Positions 31,325-41,424 of a stretch of 64,000 nt of DNA are shown one piece after another. The notes beneath the pieces were generated by a model, which was given only the letters and a program-made list of their open reading frames with translations, was not told the origin of the DNA and did no database searches. Position 1 is the first letter of the stretch. Each line of letters starts with the position of its first letter. This DNA comes from a virus. Made by a program: the position numbers and the translations under genes. The stretch lies in the IMG/VR virus record IMGVR_UViG_3300013307_000003, positions 1 to 64,000 of that record; one strand, 5' to 3'.

Positions 31325-31999
31325 CGTGTCTCCTTTTGTAAAAGCGCCCTCAGCCTCACGACCTCCGCCTCCAAATCCACGCATCGCGCCTCCGCCACAA
31401 CCGCCCTCCTCCGCATCCGCTGGTACGGCGTGTTCGCCTCGTCGTGCGCCTCCAGGAACTCCGCGCGGCGGGTGGCGGCAGGGGAGTAGGCGAGCGTCTC
31501 ACGAGCGGCGGCGAGGTTGTTCCTCAAGTGCGCTTCGGCGAGCAGGTTTGTTGCCTGGAGTTCGTGCATGGCTTCTGTGGTCATCGTGTGCCTCGTGCTT
31601 TCGCGATAGCGGCCTCTGCGTCGTTGACCGCGACGCCCGCTGGACACGGATACTCGCTCTTCGCCATCGCTTCGACTGCGTACGGCAGCAGGGATTGCAC
31701 GGCGGCCAGCAGGTCGTGGAAGCTATTGCACGCCCGACAGATGAACACTGCATCCTCGCACTTGATGCGCACGCCGTTGCAGATGTACGTCATACCGCCG
31801 TGAACGTGGCCGTAGCGGTCGGCCTCGACGACAGGTGAATTGGTGAGATTGGATCGTATCTCTCGCCAATCGCGGTCTTGGTCGTTTATCTCGTCAACAA
31901 CGCGCCAGGGCAGCGGCGAGTGTTGCAGGTGCGCGATCCCGATCTCCTCGTACGCCCGTTGGCAGCCGAGATCGACGGCGGCGGTGAGTTCGGGGTCGG

Positions 32000-32413
32000 T
32001 CATTGCGGTTCACCTGTCGCTTTTGCAGGTGGGCGCGTCTGTGCTTCACGGTCGGCTTCAACTGCCCTGCTGAGTTCCACAATCTTGTGAAGCCTGCTGT
32101 TTTCTCGGCACAGTTCGGCGTAGTCCGCCATCCTGGTCTTGACTTGCGCGAACATGGCCTGCGCGATCCTGGAGAGTGCGTCAGCCACGACCAACGCGCT
32201 CGCCGGATCATCGAACACAAGCCGGATGCCGGGCGGAATGTCGGCGGTGGTCGCTCCATCATACTCATCTGTGCGCTCGCCTATCGTTCCCGGCGCACCG
32301 ATCGCAGGCGTGATGATGACTTCTGTCAGGTCGGCGGACGCGGATACGATTAAGTCGCCGTGACCGAAATGGATCACCGTGTTCTTGTCGGCTTCGCATA
32401 TGTAAATGGGCAT
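32000..32413 (-). CDS. Hypothetical protein
   Basis: GGGAGAGAGACGATG start context. Confidence 0.55.
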   Translation of the reverse strand: MPIYICEADKNTVIHFGHGDLIVSASADLTEVIITPAIGAPGTIGERTDEYDGATTADIPPGIRLVFDDPASALVVADALSRIAQAMFAQVKTRMADYAELCRENSRLHKIVELSRAVEADREAQTRPPAKATGEPQ

Positions 32414-32469
32414 CGTCTCTCTCCCTCGGTCTCTATCCATCTGCCGTGTCGGTCGGTCGTTCGTCGGTG

Positions 32470-32706
32470 CCGGGGTTTAGGCGGCGGACGGGATATTCCC
32501 CGTGCTCTCCGGGGTGTCAAGCACTTCTAATCGGCGGCTTTGACCTTGCCCGTCTTACGGGCGTCACTACGGTTTTCGCTCGTAGGTTTCGCTGCAGCTT
32601 CCTGTCGCCCCCGGCCTACTGACTGCAGGCTTTGAACCGGACGCCGCGCTCTGGTCTGCGCGTCCATCACGAAGCCCCGGCGAGCCAGGGGAGTGAGGCG
32701 AACCTG
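32470..32706 (-). ncRNA. Multi-hairpin structured RNA candidate in the early transcript
   Basis: Interval without a convincing ORF, at least six stems and a CCCCGG/CCGGGG long-range pair. Confidence 0.45.
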
Positions 32707-33301
32707 TTAATCGTCACCGTGTTCGCGCATGGACTGCCACTCTGTTGCGACAGCGTCTTCAGCCCATTTCACGCACTCGGCTTTATCACAAACAACAACG
32801 TCGTCTGGATACGGATTGCCTCGGCTCATCGGGCGGTCAATCCTGTTGATGGTTTCACCCAAATGCGCAGAACAGCACTCGCATTTCGAGACATATCTGC
32901 CCTGATTTGTCTTGACAGTGTTCATGTCGCAGTCTCTCTCTTGTGACGGCCGGGTTTAGGCGGCGGTGACGCGGATGCTACTCACCAGTCGCTTGCGCTT
33001 TAAGTTGGTCGTACAGCGCCGCGCAGGAGTCGTGGGTCACGATATGGCTTGCACGCGGCCCGACATGGCAAGCAAAGTTGAAATACCACCTCGCAGCGAT
33101 ACACGCGCATAGGTAATCTTCGAGGTCGCGCCGCGTCCACTTTGTCAGCGCAAGCAACCGCGAAGTGGTTTCCTTCATGGCGCGTCCAGATTTGGAACGT
33201 TTGTCTGAAGGTTTGATTTGTAAACTGGTGGATGTCTCGGTCGTCGTTGCGCTCATCGTCTCTCTCCTCTTTTGGTCAGGCGGCGGGGATGCGGATGCCG
33301 T

Positions 33302-33739
33302 CTACTCGCCGCCGCATCGAACTAGGTGGTCTAGCGGGTATCGCGCGTTCATCCAATCGCGGTGCATCTCTTCATTCTTGCGCTCTCGCTCTCGCCTAGG
33401 ACCGTTAACGGTTTGCCCTGGTTTTAACTGAAGCCGCGAGATCCACAGGCCGCGCGGTCCGGTGGCACGCCTCACGTTCTCGGAGTTTGTCACAGCTTCC
33501 AGATGGAAGGGATTAACGCAACGATGATTGCGACAAAGGTGGTCAACGACCAGTCCGGGCGCGATCGGCCCGATGAAGTACAGGTAACTGAACCGGTGCG
33601 CTCCAACTCCGCGACCGTCAATGCTGATTGATCCGTATCCTTCGGTCGATAGCGGCGCCGTCCAGTTCCAGCACCCTCCGCTACCCTCTTCCCACCGATC
33701 CATAAAGATGTCGATATGTCTGACCGGGAACCTTGGCAT
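33302..33739 (-). CDS. HNH endonuclease
   Basis: CWNW..GYG..AHRFSY..DHLCRNHRCVNPFHLEAVT..EN. Confidence 0.9.
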   Translation of the reverse strand: MPRFPVRHIDIFMDRWEEGSGGCWNWTAPLSTEGYGSISIDGRGVGAHRFSYLYFIGPIAPGLVVDHLCRNHRCVNPFHLEAVTNSENVRRATGPRGLWISRLQLKPGQTVNGPRRERERKNEEMHRDWMNARYPLDHLVRCGGE

Positions 33740-33751
33740 CTGCTTCCTCGC

Positions 33752-33832
33752 TATACTTGACTGACTGTATTATATACCTACTTAGATATATTGTCAAGTA
33801 TAAAATAGAAGAAATATAGCCTAAAACGTATA
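33752..33832 (-). promoter_or_regulatory. Major leftward early promoter with TATA-N10-TATA operators
   Basis: Consensus TTGACA-N17-TATAAT on the minus strand (33769-33797). Confidence 0.85.
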
Positions 33833-33849
33833 AACCGGAGAAAAAAATT

Positions 33850-34128
33850 TCAAACAGGCTGCGGAGCGATTGGTTCGTCCTCTTCAGGCGGTACCCACCC
33901 GCGCAAGATTCGAGGATCGACATCGAAGAGTGTGGAGATTCGAAACCATGTGTCTGCGCCTAATCCTGTGCCGTTGGTTTCGGCTTTAGAGATGTTGACC
34001 TGCTTGACGTTGAGACACTTTGCGAGCTGTTCCTGCGTCATGCCAGCCTGCTTGCGATACTCACGCAGCTTGTTTGGAAAGCTGCTTAGTAGACGTGCCT
34101 TACGGCGTGCAATGGTTTGAGTAGACAT
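33850..34128 (-). CDS. XRE-family HTH regulator (Cro-like), probably leaderless
   Basis: LREYRKQAGMTQEQLAK.L.V.Q.NISK.E; TTGACA-N18-TATAAT ends 6 nt before the ATG. Confidence 0.85.
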   Translation of the reverse strand: MSTQTIARRKARLLSSFPNKLREYRKQAGMTQEQLAKCLNVKQVNISKAETNGTGLGADTWFRISTLFDVDPRILRGWVPPEEDEPIAPQPV

Positions 34129-34134
34129 ATTCGA

Positions 34135-34288
34135 ATTATACAGGAACTCGTATACCCTTGTCAATATAAAATAGCGTACGAACAATATTATTCTCTATGC
34201 CTTAAGTTAGAGTTCTCGCTACAGTCACGTATATTTACTTGCCTAGTAAATATACCCCTTGCGAAATATATACGAATGGGTATATAAT
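34135..34288. promoter_or_regulatory. Divergent lysis/lysogeny switch region
   Basis: Leftward TTGACA-N18-TATAAT (34135-34164); rightward TTGCGA-N18-TATAAT (34259-34288); palindrome ATATTTACT-N5-AGTAAATAT. Confidence 0.8.
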
Positions 34289-34327
34289 ATCTCGTATCGT
34301 AAATAATTGGGAGAGGGGAAGGAGGTG

Positions 34328-34696
34328 ATGATATTGACATCATTCTCCGATTGGGTCCGGGCGTCGCGACGCGCGAAGGACTTGACGCTTGTACAGGTTG
34401 CGGAGAAGGCGGGCGTAGCACAGCCAGTTTGGAGTCAATGGGAATCAGGAAAAGCAACGCCACGACGGGAAACGGTTATCAAGATTGCGGACGCGCTCGG
34501 TGTGGATCACAAGGAAGCACTGGTTCGGGCTGGGTACCTGCCGTCCGAAGTTCCCGCTGCCGATAACGACGAAATGCGGGAACTTATGCGGGAGCTTGAG
34601 CCGATCATAATGTCGTTGCGCCCGGAACGGCGTAGGTCTGTGCGTCGCTACCTGATTAATATAGCGCGCAACTTGCCAGACCTTATGGCCGTTTAA
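34328..34696 (+). CDS. XRE-family HTH repressor (CI-like, no peptidase domain)
   Basis: RRAKDLTLVQVAEKAGVAQPVWSQWESG..TPR; AAGGAGGT site. Confidence 0.88.
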   Translation: MILTSFSDWVRASRRAKDLTLVQVAEKAGVAQPVWSQWESGKATPRRETVIKIADALGVDHKEALVRAGYLPSEVPAADNDEMRELMRELEPIIMSLRPERRRSVRRYLINIARNLPDLMAV

Positions 34697-35009
34697 CTCG
34701 CCCATTAACGCCAAACGTTAATTCCTCGTCCGGTTCGCCATAGCCAGTCAAAGTAAACCGGCTCATCCCTTAAAACAGTTTAACAGCTAATTCCAGCAAT
34801 CATACCCGACTTTCCCCGCAATTAAGACCCTCCTTAATCTCCAATCACGTAGACACCTGACATATAATCCGAGTTAATCCGATAGGCGGCAGTAGACACA
34901 AAGACGGTAAAGATACCTACAGTATTTCCACGCGTTTTTATTAATTTCTTGTTTAGGCACTTTGTTAGATGTAGACGGGTGTATACTTAACTTTAGGAGG
35001 ACACAGCAG

Positions 35010-36041
35010 ATGGACGAACTAATCGAGGCGTTCCGCGCCGACAAGTGCAACAAGATGGGTTGGTCGCTGGCGAGCGGTCGCGCCTACGTGTCGCACTTGA
35101 ACGGGCTGGTGGCGTGGTTGGTTGGCAAGATCGGGCGGGTGCCGGAGCCTGCGGATGTCACGGCAGACTTTGTGCGGACGTACGACACGCTGCGGAAGCG
35201 CGCGGGAAAGGCGCAGCGGACGCGCGCGGCGGGTATGGCGGCTATACAGAGTTTCGCGAAGTGGCTGTATGAGCGAAAATTGATCGGGTTGGAGCAGTGT
35301 GCGGGGATTGGGCAGATTAAGGTGAAGGTCACGGAGAAGCCGCGTAAGCGCTGGGCGACGCGCGAGGAAGTGCAGTCGCTGTTCGACGCGTGCCCGCGCC
35401 TAATCGACGGGCGCGGCGATAACCAGGTGTACCGCGCGCAGCTCGCGACGGCAGTCGTGGCGATATTGGCGTACACCGGGCTTCGGCGTGCCGAGGTGTG
35501 CGCGCTCCACGTGGCCGACGTGGACATTGCGGGTACTTTCACGACGATCACGGTTCGGAAGGGGAAGGGCGATAAGAACAGAACTCTCCCGCTGCACCCG
35601 AACGCCGTTCGCCACGTTCGGGCGTGGATTGAGAGCAGGCCGCACGAGCACGAGCGGCTGTTTGCGGTGCCGGTGTTTTCGCAGGAGGGCGTTCCGGTCG
35701 TGCGGCCGATGAGCGAGCAGCGCATGAAGGGGATACTCGTTTCGCTCTGTCGGATCGCGGGCATCGAGCAGAGCGTTCCGCTTTCAGCGCACGCGTTTCG
35801 CCGGTTCGCGGGGACGGCGCTCATGAAGGTCAAAGGGTGTACGATCAAGCACATTCAGGCGTTCTACGGGCACAGCGACCCGTCTCAAAGTTACGAGTAC
35901 CTGGGGATCGATCAGCAGGAACTCTACTCGCTTATCGCGGCGATGGAGGTCGAGGCAGACCCGACGCCTATCGATCCACGCATACAACAATCCATGCCGA
36001 CCCGCCGTCAGGCATCTTACAGAAGGAGGATACCCAGATGA
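35010..36041 (+). CDS. int: Tyrosine recombinase / integrase
   Basis: YTGLRRAE (R), KGKGDK (K), HAFRR (HxxR), YGHS and YEY (Y); AGGAGG site before ATG 35010. Confidence 0.93.
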   Translation: MDELIEAFRADKCNKMGWSLASGRAYVSHLNGLVAWLVGKIGRVPEPADVTADFVRTYDTLRKRAGKAQRTRAAGMAAIQSFAKWLYERKLIGLEQCAGIGQIKVKVTEKPRKRWATREEVQSLFDACPRLIDGRGDNQVYRAQLATAVVAILAYTGLRRAEVCALHVADVDIAGTFTTITVRKGKGDKNRTLPLHPNAVRHVRAWIESRPHEHERLFAVPVFSQEGVPVVRPMSEQRMKGILVSLCRIAGIEQSVPLSAHAFRRFAGTALMKVKGCTIKHIQAFYGHSDPSQSYEYLGIDQQELYSLIAAMEVEADPTPIDPRIQQSMPTRRQASYRRRIPR

Positions 36042-36789
36042 AAACCCCTAGCAACATCACCACCATCCGCCAATCCCTCGGAACCGGCCAGGTACGCGAG
36101 GAGCGGAAGCCCGCGACTGCGGCAGGCAAGAAGCGGGGTGTGGCCGGGAATCGTGAAGCGGAGGCTAGGAGGCAGAGGGAGGAGGCTCAGACACAGGACA
36201 TTCTGCACGACGATAGCGAGCGTCCTCTTCGACGCTAACCCGCATCCGTCGGAGCATGTCCGACAGCGCCAGATCGATCCTTCGTTGTTCAGCAAGGTCT
36301 GCGGCGGTGTGGCCGGGCTGCAGGTTCATCCAATGGGCCTCGTAGCCACAATAATTGCAGTGGGACATGTCGGAGGAATGCCCCGTCCATCCTGTGTTCG
36401 GGCAAACGGTGTTGTCGCTCACGATTTTTCGTCCTCCGCTTCGTGCGTCGCGCCGGGCGGCGTGGTGACTGGAAACTCTTCGTGCCATCGGCAGCCGTAG
36501 TCCCAAAACTCCTCATCCCATTCCTCTAACTCTTTAACCGTCGATGGGATAGAGTAGTATTGTGATACCAAGTCGGCGAGATTGAATTGCTGTTGGATGG
36601 CGCTGTAGATGTCGTCTAAATGGTCGCGGATTGGAGCGTTGTGTTCCGCGAACTCGTAGCCCTCTGCACACCATCCTTTACCGACTCTCACACGGAACTG
36701 TACGATTGGGTACTGGATCGGGACGATGATTGCGGTTTCTTGGCCGTCGCCATAGACTTTCGTGACATTATAAATCTGTGGTTGAATGC

Positions 36790-37113
36790 TCACGCTCCCT
36801 CCCTTTCCATACACTCCCCACGCACTTCGGGGCTGTGGTTGTGGACGAGCATCTCAGGGGCGATTGCCATAACGCAGTACCCTTCCTCAAGCCCGAACTG
36901 TCCGCCGTGCATGATGTAGTTGACGCGCACTCTAAGAGTTCGTCCTGTATATCCGAGTTCGTCGGACCATTCACGAAGCATGAGCGTGTCGGCCTCAGCA
37001 AAGTTCCGGTCGTTCTTTCGGACTTCAAACGTTTTGGTTCCGCGCTGAATGGCTGCGAAATATCTTGGCAGTATCTTCAGCGCGTGAACTCGCGTACAGT
37101 CCTGAACTTTCAC
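36790..37113 (-). CDS. ASCH / DUF3850 domain protein
   Basis: HALKILPRYFAAIQRGTKTFEVRKNDRNF..D.L.LREW. Confidence 0.85.
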   Translation of the reverse strand: MKVQDCTRVHALKILPRYFAAIQRGTKTFEVRKNDRNFAEADTLMLREWSDELGYTGRTLRVRVNYIMHGGQFGLEEGYCVMAIAPEMLVHNHSPEVRGECMEREGA

Positions 37114-37656
37114 GCTCCTCCTCCCTCCTCGCCACTCGCCTCCACTGCGCCCGATGACGGCGGCAGGAAGTAGGCGGCTGCGATATTCGACATTCGTTCG
37201 AATGTTTCTGAATTACTAAGGTTTCGATTGAGATATGCCTCAAGTATCTGGCGCAGCGCCTCTTCAGCTCGCTCCAGGCGGGTGCGGAGGGTGGCGAGCT
37301 CGTTGAGGGTGTTATCGATCCCGATGTGGCAGGACTCGATGTAGAGCTTTTGGCCCGCGACTGTGGTTTCCAGGTCCTTCACGCGGGTTTCGGCGGCGAG
37401 GCGTTTCCGCTCGTATGTCTCGGCTTTTTCTATCGCATAGTCTAGATACGAGATTGCGCCTTGGTTGTACTTGTCTGATTGGTATGATGCGAGCAGGTTC
37501 CGCATTGCTATAAGCTCGTCGCGCAATCGCGGTTCTTGCGCCTCGGTCGGCGGCGGTGGCGCTTTCCTGCGCCTTACTGTCGGTATTGCGTTCCACGTTT
37601 CAGAGTTAGCACGCGCCTGCTCGGTCTGGGCGAACTCTTCGAGGCTGATACTTTCG

Positions 37657-38115
37657 TCAGGCTGTTCCATTGTCGGTCTCTCCTTTGATAACAAGCAGCG
37701 CGTCTCGGCAAGCTCTTGCAATGGCTTCGGTGAGCGTGCATGCGGATGCGTTGATCGGCGTACCTGCCGGATGGTTCCACGAACGAGACAGGCGCACGTG
37801 CCACGGAACCGCGCGCGAGTGCAGTTCGCATATGGAAGTCACTTCGAAGTCGAGCGTCAGGACGTGCTCCAGAAGCGCCAGCGCGGCGGCCGGGTCGCCT
37901 GCGTAGTCGCGCAGCGGTAAATCGTAGTGCTCGCCGGGCGGAAACCATCGTTCGTGTTTGATTGGCGGCGTTAGCCGATCCATCGGGGACTTCTGCTCGC
38001 GCAATGGAACTGGATAGCGAGTTTCTACATTTTGGCACGTCCAGCCGCGCAGCGCGGCAATCTGTGCGTTAAGCGCGGCCGTGTCGGTCGGCGGCGCGGG
38101 TGTGGTGTCGGTCAT
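37657..38115 (-). CDS. Phage ABA-sandwich-like protein
   Basis: LNAQIAALRGW...DYAGDPAAA..LL...EAIARA pattern; 20461-20808 looks similar. Confidence 0.45.
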   Translation of the reverse strand: MTDTTPAPPTDTAALNAQIAALRGWTCQNVETRYPVPLREQKSPMDRLTPPIKHERWFPPGEHYDLPLRDYAGDPAAALALLEHVLTLDFEVTSICELHSRAVPWHVRLSRSWNHPAGTPINASACTLTEAIARACRDALLVIKGETDNGTA

Positions 38116-39027
38116 TATCCGTAATCCTCCATCAAATGCAGCGTGTGCAACTCCTGAATAGCCTGCCAGCGCGTTTTGACGAACTCCCGCGCTTCCGGCT
38201 CGCTCGCGAACTTCTTCTTGAAGAATATCCACTTCCAGTCACAGTTCGGGTTGCCGGTGTCCGCCTTGACCGTGACGCCGACGGACCAGAGGTTGCTATC
38301 GTCGCTGTAGTGCGGCGCGCGGATCTCACCGCACGCTTTGCCGTCGGCCTTGATTGTCGTGGACGGCGCAACCTCTGCGACGGCACGCAGTCCGGTCTCG
38401 CGCGGCTGTTTCTTGAATGATAGTTTCACGACGGCTGGTATACCCCCGGAAACGTTTCCCATTTGTCGGTCCTCGTGTTGTACCCTGGCGGCGCTTCCCA
38501 ATCGCGAGCCTGCTGCGCGTACGCTTCGTCGCGGACTTCCTCCAGTGTGGCTCCGTACCGCAGGTTATCGCGTCCGTACAGCGCGTCGATGAGCGCTAGC
38601 AGTTCGTCGAGCGTCATGGCCGCGACTTGCGCGCGGGCTTCGTTGTAGCCGTGGAATTTCATTGGTTGCGGTTCCTCTCTTGGTGCGCGCCCCTGTTCCT
38701 ATCCGGTGTATCGATATTCCTTCCCGCATCGCTTGCAATCCCATATCGCGATTGTCAAGCAGTCAGTGACGAATTGGTGTGGCTCGTGGGTGTCGGTTCG
38801 GTAGCAAGGCGTAAGTCCTAATGGGTCGTATTCTCCGATCTGCCCGTCACATTGCGCTTTGACTTCCACGTGCTCGGTTCTGTCAGGCTTGTACGGCAGC
38901 AACGCTCCGCAGTTGCAACGTGGCTGTTCGATGTCCGGTTCTTCGCCGGGAAGTTGTCCGCATCCTGGCGGCAGGCTCCAGCCGAATATGCTTCTCATTG
39001 CGCGATCTCCTTCGGTTCACTACAATC

Positions 39028-39098
39028 ATTATAGCACATACCTTGACGTTGCGTCAATATGTCAGGTATAATAATTTAACGCAACGTAAAGGTATAAT
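39028..39098. promoter_or_regulatory. Overlapping divergent promoters with a 17-bp inverted repeat
   Basis: TTGACG-N18-TATAAT on both strands; ATACCTTGACGTTGCGT versus ACGCAACGTAAAGGTAT (one mismatch). Confidence 0.8.
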
Positions 39099-39105
39099 AG
39101 GAGGT

Positions 39106-39351
39106 ATGAAGATCGAAGACACCGTGACAATCACACAGGCGGCGGCGATTATGGCTGTCAGCCGTCAATCCGTCCACAATGCTATCAAAGCTGGCAAGAT
39201 CAAGGTGATGATCGAAATTGCGGGTCGGAAATTGCTTCGGCGTGCTGACGTGGAAGCGTACAAGGCGCGGGCCACCACCACCACCGACGGCGCGAGCGGG
39301 GCACGACGGCAGCGACGACCAGGGCGAGAGGGAGGAGCGGAGAAGTCATGA
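39106..39351 (+). CDS. HTH_17 / excisionase-like DNA-binding protein
   Basis: TITQAAAIMAVSRQSVHNAIKAGKI...LRRADVEAY; GGAGGT site. Confidence 0.8.
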   Translation: MKIEDTVTITQAAAIMAVSRQSVHNAIKAGKIKVMIEIAGRKLLRRADVEAYKARATTTTDGASGARRQRRPGREGGAEKS

Positions 39352-39794
39352 TCGACTACGTTTGTTCGATGTGCGGCGCACGCGGCGTAAAACTGTGGCG
39401 GCAGACAAATACTTGCGCGATTGCCATTGATTTACTGTGTGCTCCTTGCGCCTGCATCGATCAGAAAACAAATTTGGTCCCTAACGTAGAGGGCATGATT
39501 GAAAAAGAAGACGGCTGGGTTAGCGATCAATTCCCGTTTCTCGTGCCTGCTGTGCCGACGCCCGACAATGAAACCTATTGGGGATATACTTCCGTGCCCG
39601 AAGACGGTGTTCTATGGTGGAAATCTCTTCCGACGTGGCCGCCGCCAAAGCCGCCCGACCACGCCCGCACGACACTCCAGGCAATCGCCGACGCCGAACC
39701 CGCCACGATCCTCGCACACGGCTACTACGAAGCGCCGTGCGATGGGTGTCGGGAGTTGATCGCGCTGGCGCGGGAGGGGCTTGAGCATCAGTAG
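39348..39794 (+). CDS. Cys-containing phage hypothetical protein
   Basis: CSMCGARGVKLWR..LLC..CA..VPAVPT...WGYTSVP..GV.WW..LP. Confidence 0.6.
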   Translation: MIDYVCSMCGARGVKLWRQTNTCAIAIDLLCAPCACIDQKTNLVPNVEGMIEKEDGWVSDQFPFLVPAVPTPDNETYWGYTSVPEDGVLWWKSLPTWPPPKPPDHARTTLQAIADAEPATILAHGYYEAPCDGCRELIALAREGLEHQ

Positions 39795-40238
39795 AAGGAC
39801 ATTTCCAAATCTCGACTGATTTTGATTTATGGACAAATCAAACACGGACGAGGTTATTGCGCGGCGGCTGTGCGAGCAGAAGTATATTCGAGACTGCGAA
39901 CTCGACTGCTGGCTCCGGTCGCGGGCAGGCGAGACGCTAATTTCCATGAAGCGCGACTACCCTAACGAGTTGCGCCCCGGCAAGTTCTACTACGAGAGCA
40001 CGCTCTATCGGTGGTGCCAGAAGGTTGACCAGGCGATAGCGGACGCGCGGCTCGTGACTGCGCCCGAAGACAAGCCACGCGAGCGAAATCCGTTTAAAAT
40101 TTCGCTCGCGACCGGTTCCCTCGTTCACGAGGCGGACGACGGAACGCCACAAGGCAAAGTCGCGACCGAGGGCAGCTCGTGGAACAGTGAGCGATTGCGC
40201 GTGGTCGGGGCGGTAGACCGTCACAGCCGGAAACGTCT

Positions 40239-40457
40239 CTAGACAATATGCTCTTCGATCATCCACCGCGTTAGATGCTTTCTGACCTCCTCGGTGGGCA
40301 AGGAGCGCAGCCAGTCGTAGAGCGTGCGCGGGAGTTTGATGCTGTAGACCGTGCCGTCGCCGACCGTGCGCGGCCTGCCACCCTTGCGGGCGTTGACTGG
40401 GCTGGTGACGGCGCGGCGGTCCTTAATCTTGCCCACTGGTTTGTTCCTCCGCCTCAA
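40239..40457 (-). CDS. Small DNA-binding protein (KGGRPR plus RHH-like strand-helix); start uncertain
   Basis: NARKGGRPR...VYSIKLPRTLYDWL. Confidence 0.5.
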   Translation of the reverse strand: MRRRNKPVGKIKDRRAVTSPVNARKGGRPRTVGDGTVYSIKLPRTLYDWLRSLPTEEVRKHLTRWMIEEHIV

Positions 40458-41127
40458 GCGCCTTCTGGATCAGCTCTACCGCGCGTTTCGTTTCGGCCTG
40501 TCCGTAGTGGCTAAACACCTGGATAATCGGCGTCCGGGGCATATCTGGCCGCACGAACACGACGCGGCCTTTGATATTGCATAGGATGTATCGCGGCATT
40601 GGTTGTCTCCCTGGTAAACTGAGTATGCCCGCTGTCTCCTGGCGGGCCGGGGGCGGCCGGTTCCAGCGGCGCGCCCCGCATACATCCAACCTACTCGTCG
40701 ATCCGCTTGCCGGTGATGTAAATCTGCGCGGCGTTGCCGGGGCATCCAACCATCTCAACAGCATTATTGAGATAGTTAGCGACGTGGACCATATCGTTCT
40801 TGCGCTCACCCTGGGCGTACCCGTCCGGATTGCCATCCTCGAAGAACTCATCGAGTGTGCAGGTGATATTACCGTCGTTCGACCAGTCGGGCGTCCACTC
40901 GCCCCACAGTCGCGCGTCCTGCTCAAACTTGCCCGGTTCGCCCGGAACGCTGCAAATCACTTTGTCGTCACCTACGAGGTACAGGTGCAATAGCCCTGCG
41001 TTGTCCTCGTACAGTCGCACGGTCTCAGTCGCGGTGGTGATTGTGGGTGCGATCATCTTCGTAATCTCCTCTTCGTCGCGGCGATCGCGGTTCCAGCGCG
41101 GCTCGCCTGTGTGTTTGTGATAGGTTA

Positions 41128-41174
41128 ATTTTACAATACCTAGTACCGGTTGTCAAGGGGTAAAACTAGGTATT
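41128..41174 (-). promoter_or_regulatory. Leftward promoter with inverted operator ACTAGGTATT
   Basis: TTGACA-N17-TAAAAT; AATACCTAGT (41135-41144) and ACTAGGTATT (41165-41174). Confidence 0.8.
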
Positions 41175-41248
41175 TTGTAAAAAACTGAAAAATAGTTACA
41201 AAAAACCGAGCACTTGACAAAATTGAACTGCTTGCAGTAGAATTGCAG

Positions 41249-41322
41249 TGGAGATAGTTGCGTCTCACACCTTTGCACAGAGCAGGCTCGCCATCCATTG
41301 TGGAGGCGAGCCTGTTTTCTTT
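41249..41322 (+). ncRNA. Small RNA candidate
   Basis: TTGACA-N18-TAGAAT (41214-41243), then about 75 nt ending in a CAGGCTCGCC/GGCGAGCCTG stem and TTTTCTTT. Confidence 0.65.
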
Positions 41323-41371
41323 GTCCGCCTTCCTTCCACCCCACTCCCGTCGCCTGTCTCCCGACGGCTCT

Positions 41372-41424
41372 AAAAGCGGCCGCGCTCGGTTTACTCCTTT
41401 CCGGGTGCGGTCGCTTTCTTTTTC
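41372..41424. terminator. Probable bidirectional terminator
   Basis: AAAAGCGGCCGCGCTCGG / CCGGGTGCGGTCGCTTT stem followed by CTTTTT. Confidence 0.65.

Noticed and set aside
16400-31400. Many early ORFs ending in EAA/GEEA/GGGA
   Set aside because: Explained by the next gene's SD and ATGA/GTGA overlap (translational coupling), not a degron system
41249-41283. Antisense match of the sRNA to the start of the 31324 gene (shared TAGTTGC)
   Set aside because: Only 7 contiguous bases match; not distinguishable from chance
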